From Patescibacteria group bacterium (GTDB taxonomy: Bacteria; Patescibacteriota; Minisyncoccia; JAHIHE01; JAGLIN01), in NCBI GenBank assembly GCA_029210775.1, contig JARGGI010000001.1:16493-80492 (forward strand): a stretch of DNA of 64,000 bases, given 5' to 3'. Shown in pieces: positions 14,373 to 24,017 of this stretch. The translations under genes and the position numbers were made by a program. The notes under the pieces were generated by a model, which saw nothing but the letters and a program-made list of their open reading frames with translations, was not told the DNA's origin and did not search any database. How positions within the stretch are numbered: position 1 is the first letter of the stretch; each line of letters starts with the position of its first letter.

Positions 14373-17300
14373 TTATATCACTATATTAACCAGCCTTCCT
14401 TTCACAAAAATCACTTTTCTAACTTCTTTGCCTGCAATCCATTTCTGAATCTTTTCGCTTTCAAGAGCGAGTTTTTTTGCTTCTTCTTCTGAAATATTAG
14501 CTGGGACTTTAATTTGATCACGGAGCTTTCCGTTGATTTGGATGACAAGATTTATTTCGGTTTCTTTGATAAAAAGGGGATTAATTTTTGGCCATGATTG
14601 CAAGTGAATACTTTTCTTTTCTCCTAACATTTCCCAAAGTTCTTCGGTAATATGTGGAGCAAAAGGGGACAATAAAATTAAAAATATTGAATACTGGGAA
14701 TTAAATATCATTTTTTCTTTTTCCATCTCATTCAATAAAATCATCATTTGAGAAATCGCAGTATTAAATTTCATGTTTTCAATATCTTCTGTTACTTTCT
14801 TGATAGTTTTATGCAATAATGATTCTATTTTTTGATCTTGTAGGAATGCAGAATCTTGCGTACTTTTTTGCAAATATTCAATCAATTTATCAGTAGCTTG
14901 TTTTCTGTGATCAAATCTATATTTATCTTCACTGGAACATTCGCCAAAAGATTTATTTAAAACATTTGGCATAAAAATAGAATCGTAACCGAAACCTCGT
15001 GTTCCGCGTGATTTTTCTAAAATTTCTCCTTCGCATTTTCCTTCAAATTGATTGTATTTTTTATCTTTTGGATTATATAAGGTAACTACGGATTGAAAAT
15101 AAGCAGACCTATCTTTTTTATCTACAAGTTCTTTAAAAATTTTTTGATATGCTTTTTTATAATCACCTTCTGAATATCGGCTTGAAAAAACTCCTGGACG
15201 TCCATCAAGCGTGTTAATACACAAACCACTATCATCAGCAATTGTTAGATAGCCAGTTTTTTGGGCATAATATTTTGCTTTAATTAAAGAATTTTCTGCA
15301 AAGGTTTTTCCATTTTCTTCAGGTTCTTCAATTGATTTATCAATGTCTTTTAATGAAATTATATTAAAATTAGCAAGATGATTTTTTAGTTCTTTTAGTT
15401 TTCCTTGATTATTTGTAGCGATTAATATTATTTTATTTTTATATGGGAACGCAAAATCTTGTGTTTCTACATTAGAATTCACAATATTATGTTTTTTTAT
15501 CTTTTTTTGCATATTCCAAACTCTTTCCAAAAATCTGTTCATTCCAATTAAGCTTGTCGTGTTCCATGGAATGGCGTCGCCATAAGGACCCATAAACATT
15601 TCATAAAGGCGAAGTGTATCCGACCCATATTGCTTGATGACATCATCGGGATTAACAACATTTCCGCGTGACTTGCTCATCTTTTGTCCATTTTCGGCGA
15701 GAATCATTCCATGCGATCTTCTTTTAGCGTATGGCTCACGAGTATTTACATATCCGAGATCAAACAAAAATTTATGCCAAAAACGAGAATATAATAAATG
15801 CAAAGTAGTGTGTTCCATACCGCCATTGTATAAATCAACTGGCATCCAATACTCAATTTTCTTGCGTGAAGCAAATTCTTTTTTGTTTTTTGGATCTAAA
15901 TATCGCAAGAAATACCAACTTGATCCCGCCCAATTTGGCATCGTGTCCGTTTCTCTTTTCGCCTCGCCTTTGCATTTTGGGCATTTCACTTCTACCCATT
16001 TCTTTATATTAGCAAGAGGAGATTCTCCCGTTTCTGTCGGTTCATAATTTTTGACATTTGGAAGCTCAAGTGGGAGATTCTTTTCATTTAATGGAATATT
16101 TTTAGTTATGTTTATAATTTCAAATTCCCAACCGACAAGACCGTTTTTTTGAATTTTATTAAGATAATCATTTGTAAAACTAAAACATTTTTCAAGTTCT
16201 TTAAAACTTCTAATCTTTGTGTTTGGGATAATCTTTTTTATCAAATCTTTTTTATTAAACAATTTTTCCAAGTTTTCAAAATTATAAACTTTATTAATTT
16301 TTATAACCTCAAACTCATTCGTATTTTTATTGTTTATTTTAATAAAATCTCCAATTTTAATATTACCAAAATATTTATCTTTTTCTTCAGGATTAAAAGC
16401 TCTTGTTTCAACAGTTTTTTTTCTGCAAATAATTTGATCCCAAATTTTATTTACTCTGAAATTTAATTCCATTTTAATGTTCAATTTTTTCAAACCACAT
16501 TCCTTGCATTTCACAATCGGAATTGGTTCACCCCAATAATGCTGGCGTGAAAAAATCCAATCTCGCAATTTGAAATTTACAGCCTTTTTACCAAGTTTAT
16601 TTTTTTCTAACCAAGCAGTGATTTCTTTTTTTGCTTCGGGAGTCTCAAGACCATTTAGAAAATCTGAATTAACATTTACACCATCTTCTTTAAAACAACC
16701 AGCTTTGCCTATTAAGCGTTGCCACAGCATTTTTTGATTGGATAGATTTAAAAAATCATCCATCTTGTCAGAATCGATCCAGACTGTATTATGGTTTATT
16801 GTTTCTTCTTCGCTTGGTTTTTCCAAACTTTCATCTTCCAATTTAAAAAGTAATCCTTGTTCAACTGAATAGCGGTTCTCATCTTTATGTCTATTAAAGA
16901 AAGTATTGTATTGTTCGCTTCCCAGATGACGGATAAATTTCAAATTTTTATAGCCAGTTTCTTCCTGAATTTCTCTTTTTCCTGCTTCTTGGGCAGTTTC
17001 TCCTTCTTCAATTCCACCAATGATTCCCGTGTGCCAATTAAATTTTTTCCAATCAAGACAAAGATATTTATCCTCATTCCAATGCTTCAGAAAAGCAATT
17101 ACAATTTTTTGACGTACTGTTTTTTTCTCAGGTCTAATCACATCATCTCCACTAAAAACCTTAAATAATGGAGCAACTACTTCTTTAATCTTGATACCAA
17201 ATTTCTTTGCAAACTCAAAATCTCTTTCATCGTGAGCAGGAACTGCCATAATGGCGCCAGTGCCATAAGAAGAGAGAACATAGTCCGCAATCCAGATTGG

Positions 17301-18437
17301 AATTTCTTCGTTACTTGCTGGATTTATTGCTTTTATACCTTTCAATTCAACGCCAGATTTTTCTTTGGCTAAATCAGTTCTGTCTAAATCAGATTTATTT
17401 TTTGCTTGTAAAATATATTTTTCAACTTCACTGTAGTTTTCAATATTATCTTTTAATTTTTCAATTAAACTGTGTTCGGGCGATAAGACCATATAAGTAC
17501 ATCCGAAAAGAGTGTCGGGGCGAGTGGTGAAAACTTTAATGCTACTGTCATTGCAAGCGGAGTGAAGCAATTCTGAATTTATAGGCGAAACCTGTATTTG
17601 ACTGGATTGCTTCGTCGCTTTGCTCCTCACAATGACAGAAAATTTAATTTCTGCTCCCTCTGACTTTCCAATCCAATTAATTTGTTGGGTTCTGATTTTA
17701 TTTAAATAATCAACCGAATCTAAATCTTTAATTAATCTGTCAGCATATTTTGTAATTCTCAGCATCCATTGTCTCATTACTTTTCTTTCTGCTAAGGCAC
17801 CACATCGCTCGCACGCACCATTAACGACCTCTTCATTAGCTAGTCCAATTTTGCAACTGGGACACCAATTAATCGCCATCTCTTTTTCATAAGCAAGTCT
17901 ATGATTATCAATAAATTCTTTTTTTTCAATTTCATTCAAATTTTTTGGAATTTTTAAATCTTCAATCGGTTTTGCTTTATCTGATTTTTTATCATAAAAA
18001 CTATTAAACAGTTTCAAAAAAATCCATTGCGTCCATTTATAATATTCTATGTCTGTAGTGTTAATTTCTCGCGACCAGTCAAAACTAGGTCCATAACTTT
18101 TTATTTGGCGTGTAAAATTTTTAATATTATTCTTCGTGACAACTTTTGGATGAGTTTTTGTTTTGATGGCAAAATTTTCCGTAGGCAAACCAAAAGCATC
18201 CCAGCCAATTGGGAACATTACATTATATCCACTCATCCTCCTTTGGCGGGCAACAATGTCAATGGCAATATGACTCCGAAGATGTCCTACATGAAGCCCT
18301 GCTCCAGATGGATATGGAAATTCAATTAAACAATAATACTTTGGTTTTTTTGTAAAATCTTTTGCATCATATATCCCACTTTTATCCCATTTATCTTGCC
18401 ATTTTTTTTCAATATTTCTAAAATTGTATTGTTTCAT
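14373..18437 (-). CDS. leuS: Leucine--tRNA ligase with in-frame NUDIX, ASCH and Ham1/ITPase insertions
   Basis: FPYPSGAGLHVGH (HIGH), FTTRPDT and GTGAIMAVPAHDERD (CP1), KMSKS, QINGKLR; 1354 aa versus about 800-870 typical. Confidence 0.96.
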   Translation of the reverse strand: MKQYNFRNIEKKWQDKWDKSGIYDAKDFTKKPKYYCLIEFPYPSGAGLHVGHLRSHIAIDIVARQRRMSGYNVMFPIGWDAFGLPTENFAIKTKTHPKVVTKNNIKNFTRQIKSYGPSFDWSREINTTDIEYYKWTQWIFLKLFNSFYDKKSDKAKPIEDLKIPKNLNEIEKKEFIDNHRLAYEKEMAINWCPSCKIGLANEEVVNGACERCGALAERKVMRQWMLRITKYADRLIKDLDSVDYLNKIRTQQINWIGKSEGAEIKFSVIVRSKATKQSSQIQVSPINSELLHSACNDSSIKVFTTRPDTLFGCTYMVLSPEHSLIEKLKDNIENYSEVEKYILQAKNKSDLDRTDLAKEKSGVELKGIKAINPASNEEIPIWIADYVLSSYGTGAIMAVPAHDERDFEFAKKFGIKIKEVVAPLFKVFSGDDVIRPEKKTVRQKIVIAFLKHWNEDKYLCLDWKKFNWHTGIIGGIEEGETAQEAGKREIQEETGYKNLKFIRHLGSEQYNTFFNRHKDENRYSVEQGLLFKLEDESLEKPSEEETINHNTVWIDSDKMDDFLNLSNQKMLWQRLIGKAGCFKEDGVNVNSDFLNGLETPEAKKEITAWLEKNKLGKKAVNFKLRDWIFSRQHYWGEPIPIVKCKECGLKKLNIKMELNFRVNKIWDQIICRKKTVETRAFNPEEKDKYFGNIKIGDFIKINNKNTNEFEVIKINKVYNFENLEKLFNKKDLIKKIIPNTKIRSFKELEKCFSFTNDYLNKIQKNGLVGWEFEIINITKNIPLNEKNLPLELPNVKNYEPTETGESPLANIKKWVEVKCPKCKGEAKRETDTMPNWAGSSWYFLRYLDPKNKKEFASRKKIEYWMPVDLYNGGMEHTTLHLLYSRFWHKFLFDLGYVNTREPYAKRRSHGMILAENGQKMSKSRGNVVNPDDVIKQYGSDTLRLYEMFMGPYGDAIPWNTTSLIGMNRFLERVWNMQKKIKKHNIVNSNVETQDFAFPYKNKIILIATNNQGKLKELKNHLANFNIISLKDIDKSIEEPEENGKTFAENSLIKAKYYAQKTGYLTIADDSGLCINTLDGRPGVFSSRYSEGDYKKAYQKIFKELVDKKDRSAYFQSVVTLYNPKDKKYNQFEGKCEGEILEKSRGTRGFGYDSIFMPNVLNKSFGECSSEDKYRFDHRKQATDKLIEYLQKSTQDSAFLQDQKIESLLHKTIKKVTEDIENMKFNTAISQMMILLNEMEKEKMIFNSQYSIFLILLSPFAPHITEELWEMLGEKKSIHLQSWPKINPLFIKETEINLVIQINGKLRDQIKVPANISEEEAKKLALESEKIQKWIAGKEVRKVIFVKGRLVNIVI
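17545..17638. repeat. Palindromic element inserted in frame in leuS
   Basis: ctgtcattgcaagcggagtgaagcaattc...ggattgcttcgtcgctttgctcctcacaatgacag; same family as the arrays at 33455 and 41349. Confidence 0.85.
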
Positions 18438-18494
18438 AATTTTTGAATAAAAAAACTAACTTTAAATTAAGAGGATAGATTTAGTTAATATTTA

Positions 18495-18608
18495 TTATTT
18501 ATCTTCTAAAAATAAATCTTTATTTTCGTGTTCTTCTTTTTCAAATTCATTAATTTCACTATCTTTATCATTATTCCCATAAAAATCAAACATACTTTCG
18601 TTTCTCAT
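18495..18608 (-). CDS. Possible 37-aa acidic peptide
   Basis: MRNESMFDFYGNNDKDSEINEFEKEEHENKDLFLEDK*, co-oriented just upstream of leuS. Confidence 0.3.
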   Translation of the reverse strand: MRNESMFDFYGNNDKDSEINEFEKEEHENKDLFLEDK

Positions 18609-18688
18609 ATTTTTGATTTAATAATAAAAATAAGATAATCTATATTTATAGTTTATCTTATAATCGCTAAATTGACAAGAAATTCCAA

Positions 18689-19534
18689 CTAATTTTGAAA
18701 GTTAATTAATGTTATTTCGGGACTATTTAAAAATCTAAAAGGTAATACGCTTGTGCCTATACCTCTGTTTACATACATTTGTGTTTTATTTTGATTATAT
18801 AATCCTTTTATAAATCCTTCTCCATCTGGATTTGATGGAATAATTTTTTTGGTCAAATATGGAACATAAATTTGTCCTCCATGAGTATGTCCTGTTAAAA
18901 TAAAATTAATATTATTTTGTGACGCTTTTTTAATTATATCAGGAGAATGAGCTAAGAGAATATTACAATTATTGTTCTTTATTAGCTTTAATGCTTTAGT
19001 TAAATCTTGATCAATGTTATTGCTCGTATATGGGTCTTTTATACCAATAATATTTAATATTTTGTTATTGATTGCTAATTCTATATGATCATTTATCAGG
19101 ACTTTTGCCCCAGAAAGTTCTAATTTATTTTTAAACTCATTTATATCATAATTTAAAGACCAATAATCCCAATTTCCGAAAGTTATAAAAACAGAATAAT
19201 CTTTAGATATTTGATTTATAAAACTAATTATATTATCAATTCCGTTATTGTTAGATATTAAATCTCCAGTAATAAAAACTGCGGTAGGATTTTGATTTTT
19301 GATTTTTTCAGAAAGATTATTAATTTTTTTTTGTGAAGTTTTTCCTGTAAAATGTAGATCTGATATTTGAATAAAATTATAAGCAGAAATATCAGATTTA
19401 AGACAGTCCAGCTCAACTGTTTGTTTTTTTAATATTATAGCATTAGGCTCTATCATATATGAATAAATTATTAGAAAACAGAATAATCCAGCAAATAAAA
19501 TTGTTAATTTATATATACGATTTAATTTTCTCAT
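18689..19534 (-). CDS. Calcineurin-like metallophosphoesterase (YkuE-like)
   Basis: SDLH, TGD, GNWD, LAHSPD, GHTHGGQ; N-terminal TM. Confidence 0.9.
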   Translation of the reverse strand: MRKLNRIYKLTILFAGLFCFLIIYSYMIEPNAIILKKQTVELDCLKSDISAYNFIQISDLHFTGKTSQKKINNLSEKIKNQNPTAVFITGDLISNNNGIDNIISFINQISKDYSVFITFGNWDYWSLNYDINEFKNKLELSGAKVLINDHIELAINNKILNIIGIKDPYTSNNIDQDLTKALKLIKNNNCNILLAHSPDIIKKASQNNINFILTGHTHGGQIYVPYLTKKIIPSNPDGEGFIKGLYNQNKTQMYVNRGIGTSVLPFRFLNSPEITLINFQN

Positions 19535-19546
19535 AAATTAATATTA

Positions 19547-20323
19547 TTATATTCCAAACAATTTTTTAGCATTTTTACTTGTAATATTTTTAACTTCTTC
19601 AAAACTTATCTTTTTGATGTGTGCAATTTTTTCAGCGACATGCTTTACATATAATGGCTCATTTCTTTTTCCTCTTTTTGGAATAGGAGACAAATAAGGA
19701 CAGTCGGTTTCAATGAGAATTCTATCTAAGGGTATATTATTTATAACTTTAAATATTTCTGGTTTATTATTAAATTCATCTTTATAATAAGTAATTATAC
19801 CTGTAAAACCGATATAAAATCCAAGATTAATATATTCTTTTGCAATTTCCCAACTTGCTGTGAAACAGTGAATAACACCCTTCCAATTTGATGTTTTATA
19901 TTCTTTTAATATATCAATTAAATCATTATGAGCATCTCTACAATGAATTATAACTGGCATATTATGATTATCTGCAAGTTCAATTTGGAGTCGAAAAGCT
20001 TCAATTTGTTTTTCTCGAGAAGTTGTGCCTTTAAAAAAATCAAGTCCAATTTCGCCAATTGCAATCGTTTTATAATGCATTGCAATTTCTTCAATTATTT
20101 TAAGAGAATTTTTATTAACTGAGTCAGCATCATGTGGATGAATGCCAGCCGAAGCGAAGATGTTTTCATTATTTTTTGCAAGCTTATAACTTCTTTTACT
20201 TGATTGTAAATCACATCCAACATTTATCATTTTTTCTCCGCCATTATTAAAAAACCGTTTGATGACTTCTTCACGGTCTTTGTTATATTCCTTAAAGTCT
20301 ATATGTGCGTGGGTATCAATCAT
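19547..20323 (-). CDS. tatD: TatD family DNase
   Basis: DTHAH, GIHPH, GEIGLD, IHCR, HCF, ETDCPYL, RNEP. Confidence 0.95.
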   Translation of the reverse strand: MIDTHAHIDFKEYNKDREEVIKRFFNNGGEKMINVGCDLQSSKRSYKLAKNNENIFASAGIHPHDADSVNKNSLKIIEEIAMHYKTIAIGEIGLDFFKGTTSREKQIEAFRLQIELADNHNMPVIIHCRDAHNDLIDILKEYKTSNWKGVIHCFTASWEIAKEYINLGFYIGFTGIITYYKDEFNNKPEIFKVINNIPLDRILIETDCPYLSPIPKRGKRNEPLYVKHVAEKIAHIKKISFEEVKNITSKNAKKLFGI

Positions 20324-20362
20324 AATTTTAGCTTTTTAATTTGTAACTTTATAAATTTTTAG

Positions 20363-20480
20363 TTGTCATCTTGAATGGAATGTAACGACCGATAGGATTC
20401 TGTGCTTAATATCGTAAATTATATGTGATAGTTTTGAGCAAATAGTTTCGGGATTCTATCACTTCGCTTCAGAATGACAA
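20363..20480. repeat. Palindromic GTCAT...ATGAC element
   Basis: ttgtcatcttgaatggaatg...gattctatcacttcgcttcagaatgacaa. Confidence 0.6.
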
Positions 20481-20487
20481 TATTATT

Positions 20488-22131
20488 TTATAATCTCGGG
20501 AATAAAATTTCGCCTTTATTTATTTTTGTGCCTGTCTTCAATCCACCCCAAACTTGCGCTTCTTTTAATGTTTTTTTGAGCTCAAGCTTTCTTTCTTTTT
20601 CATTTGCAAATAATTGAGCAAAAATTTTGTCTGATGTTTCTGGTAAAAATGGGCGAATCATCCAGGCGATTTGGCGCAATGATTCTAATAAATTATAAAC
20701 TATTATCGCTGTTTTTTCTTTGTCTTCTTTGATTAATTTCCAAGGTTCAGAATAATCAATATAATTATTTAATTTTGGAACTACACCGTTTACATTCTCT
20801 TTCTTGATATCGCCAAAGGAAATCACAAGGCCTAAGGCTCGATCCAGCTTAAAATCATTTATACTGCCGTCAATTAATTTCCATATTTTTTCAATCTCAG
20901 TTCTACTTGAACTAAAAATTTTATCTTCTTCATTCTTTGAATATGTTTCCGCCTGTCCAGTTTTTTCAAAATCAATATCTGGAACTCGGTTGCTAAAATA
21001 TTTTTCTGGCATAGTTAAAGTTCTGGCAATTAAATTTCCCAGTCCGTTTTGTAAATCTGATTTATAAACTTCTTCAAACCTTTCAAATGAAAAATCACCA
21101 TCTCCGCCAGAAGGTATTTCTTTGAGAAGATAATATCGCAAAGCATCAACCCCATATTTATTAACTACTTCAAATGGATCTATAACATTTCCAATTGATT
21201 TGCTCATTTTTTTCCCTCCTGAAGTTACGAAACCATGCACAAAGATTTTTTTAGGTAAGGGGAGATCAGCAGAAATGAGCATAGCTGGCCAAATTGCAGC
21301 GTGAAATCTCAAAATGTCTTTTCCAATGACGTGAATATCTGCTGGCCAATATGTTTTAAATTTTTCATTTATCGAGGTTGAACCTCGATAATCTTCTCCG
21401 TATCCGAGAGCAGAAATGTAATTTGTCAATGCATCACACCAAACATACATAGTTTGACTTTTATCATTTGGAACTGGCACGCCCCAATCAAGAACAGCTT
21501 TTGGACGAGAAAAACTAATATCTCTAAGACCCTCTTTGATGACATTGAGAATTTCATTTTTACGAGATTCTGGTGAAATTTCTAATTCTTCACTTTCAAT
21601 TTTTTCTAAGATTTGATTAGAATACTTTGAAAGCTTGAAAAAGTAGTTTTTTTCGCTTATTTTTTCAGGCGTTTTTTGGTGATTTGGGCATTTGCCGTCA
21701 ATTAAATCCTTTTCAGTCAAATACGCTTCGCAGCCAACACAATAATAACCCTCATATTTATCATTATAAATATCTCCTGCGTCAACAAGCTGCTGCCAAA
21801 TTTTTTGTGCTGCTGGCCAATGTCTTTTTTTGTCCGTTGTGCGAATAAAGTCATTATTAGAAATATCAAGCGTATCCAGTAATAATTGAAATTTAGCTGA
21901 GGTTTCATCGACAAATTTTTGCGGTTCTGTTTTATTTTCTAAGGCTGTTTTCTTTATTTTGGATCCGTTTTCATCTGTGCCTGACAAAAAGTAAACATCG
22001 TAGCTAAGCATACGATGATATCTCGCCAAAACATCCGCTTGGCAAACTTCCATAGCATACCCAATATGTGGTGCAGCATTAGCGTAAGCAATTGAACTAG
22101 TGATGTAAAATTTTGATTTAAAAGTTGACAT
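20488..22131 (-). CDS. metG: Methionine--tRNA ligase (short form)
   Basis: PHIGY, GTDENG, YCVGCE, YVWCDALTNY, GKDILRFH, KMSKS, LFPRL. Confidence 0.96.
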   Translation of the reverse strand: MSTFKSKFYITSSIAYANAAPHIGYAMEVCQADVLARYHRMLSYDVYFLSGTDENGSKIKKTALENKTEPQKFVDETSAKFQLLLDTLDISNNDFIRTTDKKRHWPAAQKIWQQLVDAGDIYNDKYEGYYCVGCEAYLTEKDLIDGKCPNHQKTPEKISEKNYFFKLSKYSNQILEKIESEELEISPESRKNEILNVIKEGLRDISFSRPKAVLDWGVPVPNDKSQTMYVWCDALTNYISALGYGEDYRGSTSINEKFKTYWPADIHVIGKDILRFHAAIWPAMLISADLPLPKKIFVHGFVTSGGKKMSKSIGNVIDPFEVVNKYGVDALRYYLLKEIPSGGDGDFSFERFEEVYKSDLQNGLGNLIARTLTMPEKYFSNRVPDIDFEKTGQAETYSKNEEDKIFSSSRTEIEKIWKLIDGSINDFKLDRALGLVISFGDIKKENVNGVVPKLNNYIDYSEPWKLIKEDKEKTAIIVYNLLESLRQIAWMIRPFLPETSDKIFAQLFANEKERKLELKKTLKEAQVWGGLKTGTKINKGEILFPRL

Positions 22132-22232
22132 ATTATTAAAATAGTTATAATAACTTTAAAAGAATCAGCATCCTAGACATGAAGTAGATTTTATATCAAA
22201 GCCTGATAAATTTGATAATGTATTCAAATTAA

Positions 22233-22898
22233 TTAACCAACAATAACCACAAACTCACCCTTGACTTGATCGGGGGTTATTTTTTTTATAATTTCTTCTG
22301 AATTACCTCGATATATTGTCTCATAAATTTTAGTTAATTCTCTACAGATAACAATATTTTTTTCAGGAAAATATTCTTTCATACTATTTAAAGTTTTTAT
22401 AATTCTATGTGGTGATTCATAGAAAGCAACAGTTCTTTTTTCTTTAGCGATATTTTTGAAAAATGTTTGTCTCCCTTTCTTATGCGGTACAAATCCCAAA
22501 AAAATAAAATTGTCTGTTGGAAAACCAGAAACACAAAGAGCTGAAGTCAAAGCCGAGGGTCCTGGAATTGGAATAATTTTTACATCTACTTTATTTTCAA
22601 TTAGATATTTTATCAACATATTTCCTGGATCTGAAATTCCTGGCGTTCCTGCATCACTTACTAAAGCTAAATTTCTATTATCTTTTAGTAATTCTATTAT
22701 TTTGTTAATTTTATTTAATTTACTATATTGATGATAGCTTAAAGTTTGACTGTCAATTTTATATTTTAATAATAATTTTTGTGTTTGTCTTGTATCTTCA
22801 CATAAAACTACATCAACCTCTTTTAAAACCCTCAGTGCCCTGAGGGTTATGTCTTCCAGATTTCCAATCGGCGTGGCGATGATATATAAATTTGACAT
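22233..22898 (-). CDS. rsmI: 16S rRNA C1402 2'-O-methyltransferase
   Basis: ATPIGNLEDIT, CEDTR, SDAGTPGISDPG, YESPHR, RELTK. Confidence 0.95.
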   Translation of the reverse strand: MSNLYIIATPIGNLEDITLRALRVLKEVDVVLCEDTRQTQKLLLKYKIDSQTLSYHQYSKLNKINKIIELLKDNRNLALVSDAGTPGISDPGNMLIKYLIENKVDVKIIPIPGPSALTSALCVSGFPTDNFIFLGFVPHKKGRQTFFKNIAKEKRTVAFYESPHRIIKTLNSMKEYFPEKNIVICRELTKIYETIYRGNSEEIIKKITPDQVKGEFVVIVG

Positions 22899-22906
22899 AT
22901 ATTTTT

Positions 22907-23965
22907 TTATGACAAGTCTTCTTTTTTTCTGTGGCTATATATATCTTCAAGAAAAATTGAAGCTATTGTTGTTACAGGTATTGCCAGAATAATTCCTAAA
23001 ACACCTGCTAACTGTCCACCAATCAACATTGCAATTATAATTATTACTGGATGCAAACCAACAGATTTTTCCATAACCTTTGGAACAATTAAATAGTTTT
23101 CAAGTTGTTGAATAATAAAATATAAACCAAAAGTTAAAATTGCTAAAAAAGGGGAAATTGTAAATGCAATAATAATTGCCGGAATTCCTGATAAAGTTGG
23201 CCCGATATATGGGATAAGCTCCATTGTGCCAGCAATAATTGCGAGAACTAAGGCATAAGGGATTCCAAGTATTGTCAAACCAACAAAAGATAGAAAGCCT
23301 ACTATAAATCCTAAAAATAATTGTCCAACAAACCACTTTCCTAATTTAATTTCAACTTTTCTGATTATTCGTAGCGCTTGAGGACGAGATTCGGAAGGAA
23401 TTAGAGTTTGAACAAATTTTTCAACGCCATTTTCTTCAACAACGAGATAAAAAGAAATTACAAGAATCAGAATTACAGAAAGAAATCCACCCAAAAGACC
23501 CAAAATTCCAACGATCACATTAGATGTTATATCTTTCATTGTTTTACTTGCCTCAATTAAAATATTTTGTAGAGGTTCAGAAACTTTATAATTAAATGAT
23601 CCATTATAAATTGTATTATTTTCTGAAAATGATTTATAGTCTATGCCAGCATTTTCTATATAGGTTGGTAAATTTGAAGCAAGATTGCTAAGCTCTTTTG
23701 CAAGTGGAGGAGCAACGATATAAAACAATAACCCAATTACAATAAACGCCATTAAAAATAGACTTGCAGTTCCCGCAACTCTCGGAATTTTTTTCTTTTG
23801 TAGCTTGTCAACTTGAGGATTCATAATCAAAGCAAGAATTATAGAAATAAAAACTATAAAAATAATTCCTCGCAAATAAATAAGAAAGAATAAAATAAAT
23901 ATAACTAAAAAAAATTTAACTATACTTTCATATGATATATCAACAACTTGCTTATGTTTATCCAT
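22907..23965 (-). CDS. AI-2E family transporter
   Basis: Multi-TM; LIPYIGP, QQLENYLIVPKVM, GLHP, LAIP. Confidence 0.9.
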   Translation of the reverse strand: MDKHKQVVDISYESIVKFFLVIFILFFLIYLRGIIFIVFISIILALIMNPQVDKLQKKKIPRVAGTASLFLMAFIVIGLLFYIVAPPLAKELSNLASNLPTYIENAGIDYKSFSENNTIYNGSFNYKVSEPLQNILIEASKTMKDITSNVIVGILGLLGGFLSVILILVISFYLVVEENGVEKFVQTLIPSESRPQALRIIRKVEIKLGKWFVGQLFLGFIVGFLSFVGLTILGIPYALVLAIIAGTMELIPYIGPTLSGIPAIIIAFTISPFLAILTFGLYFIIQQLENYLIVPKVMEKSVGLHPVIIIIAMLIGGQLAGVLGIILAIPVTTIASIFLEDIYSHRKKEDLS

Positions 23966-24017
23966 GTTTTTGTTTAATGTTATTATTTAAAAATTTTTAT
24001 TAAAAAATATAAAATAT

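Noticed and set aside
15634-18329. Plus-strand ORFs antisense to leuS, and similar antisense ORFs over other housekeeping genes
   Set aside because: Shadow frames of well-supported genes with no recognisable motifs
14373-18437. Inteins as the explanation for the leuS insertions
   Set aside because: No Cys/Ser-start or His-Asn-end splice motifs and no LAGLIDADG domain at the insert junctions
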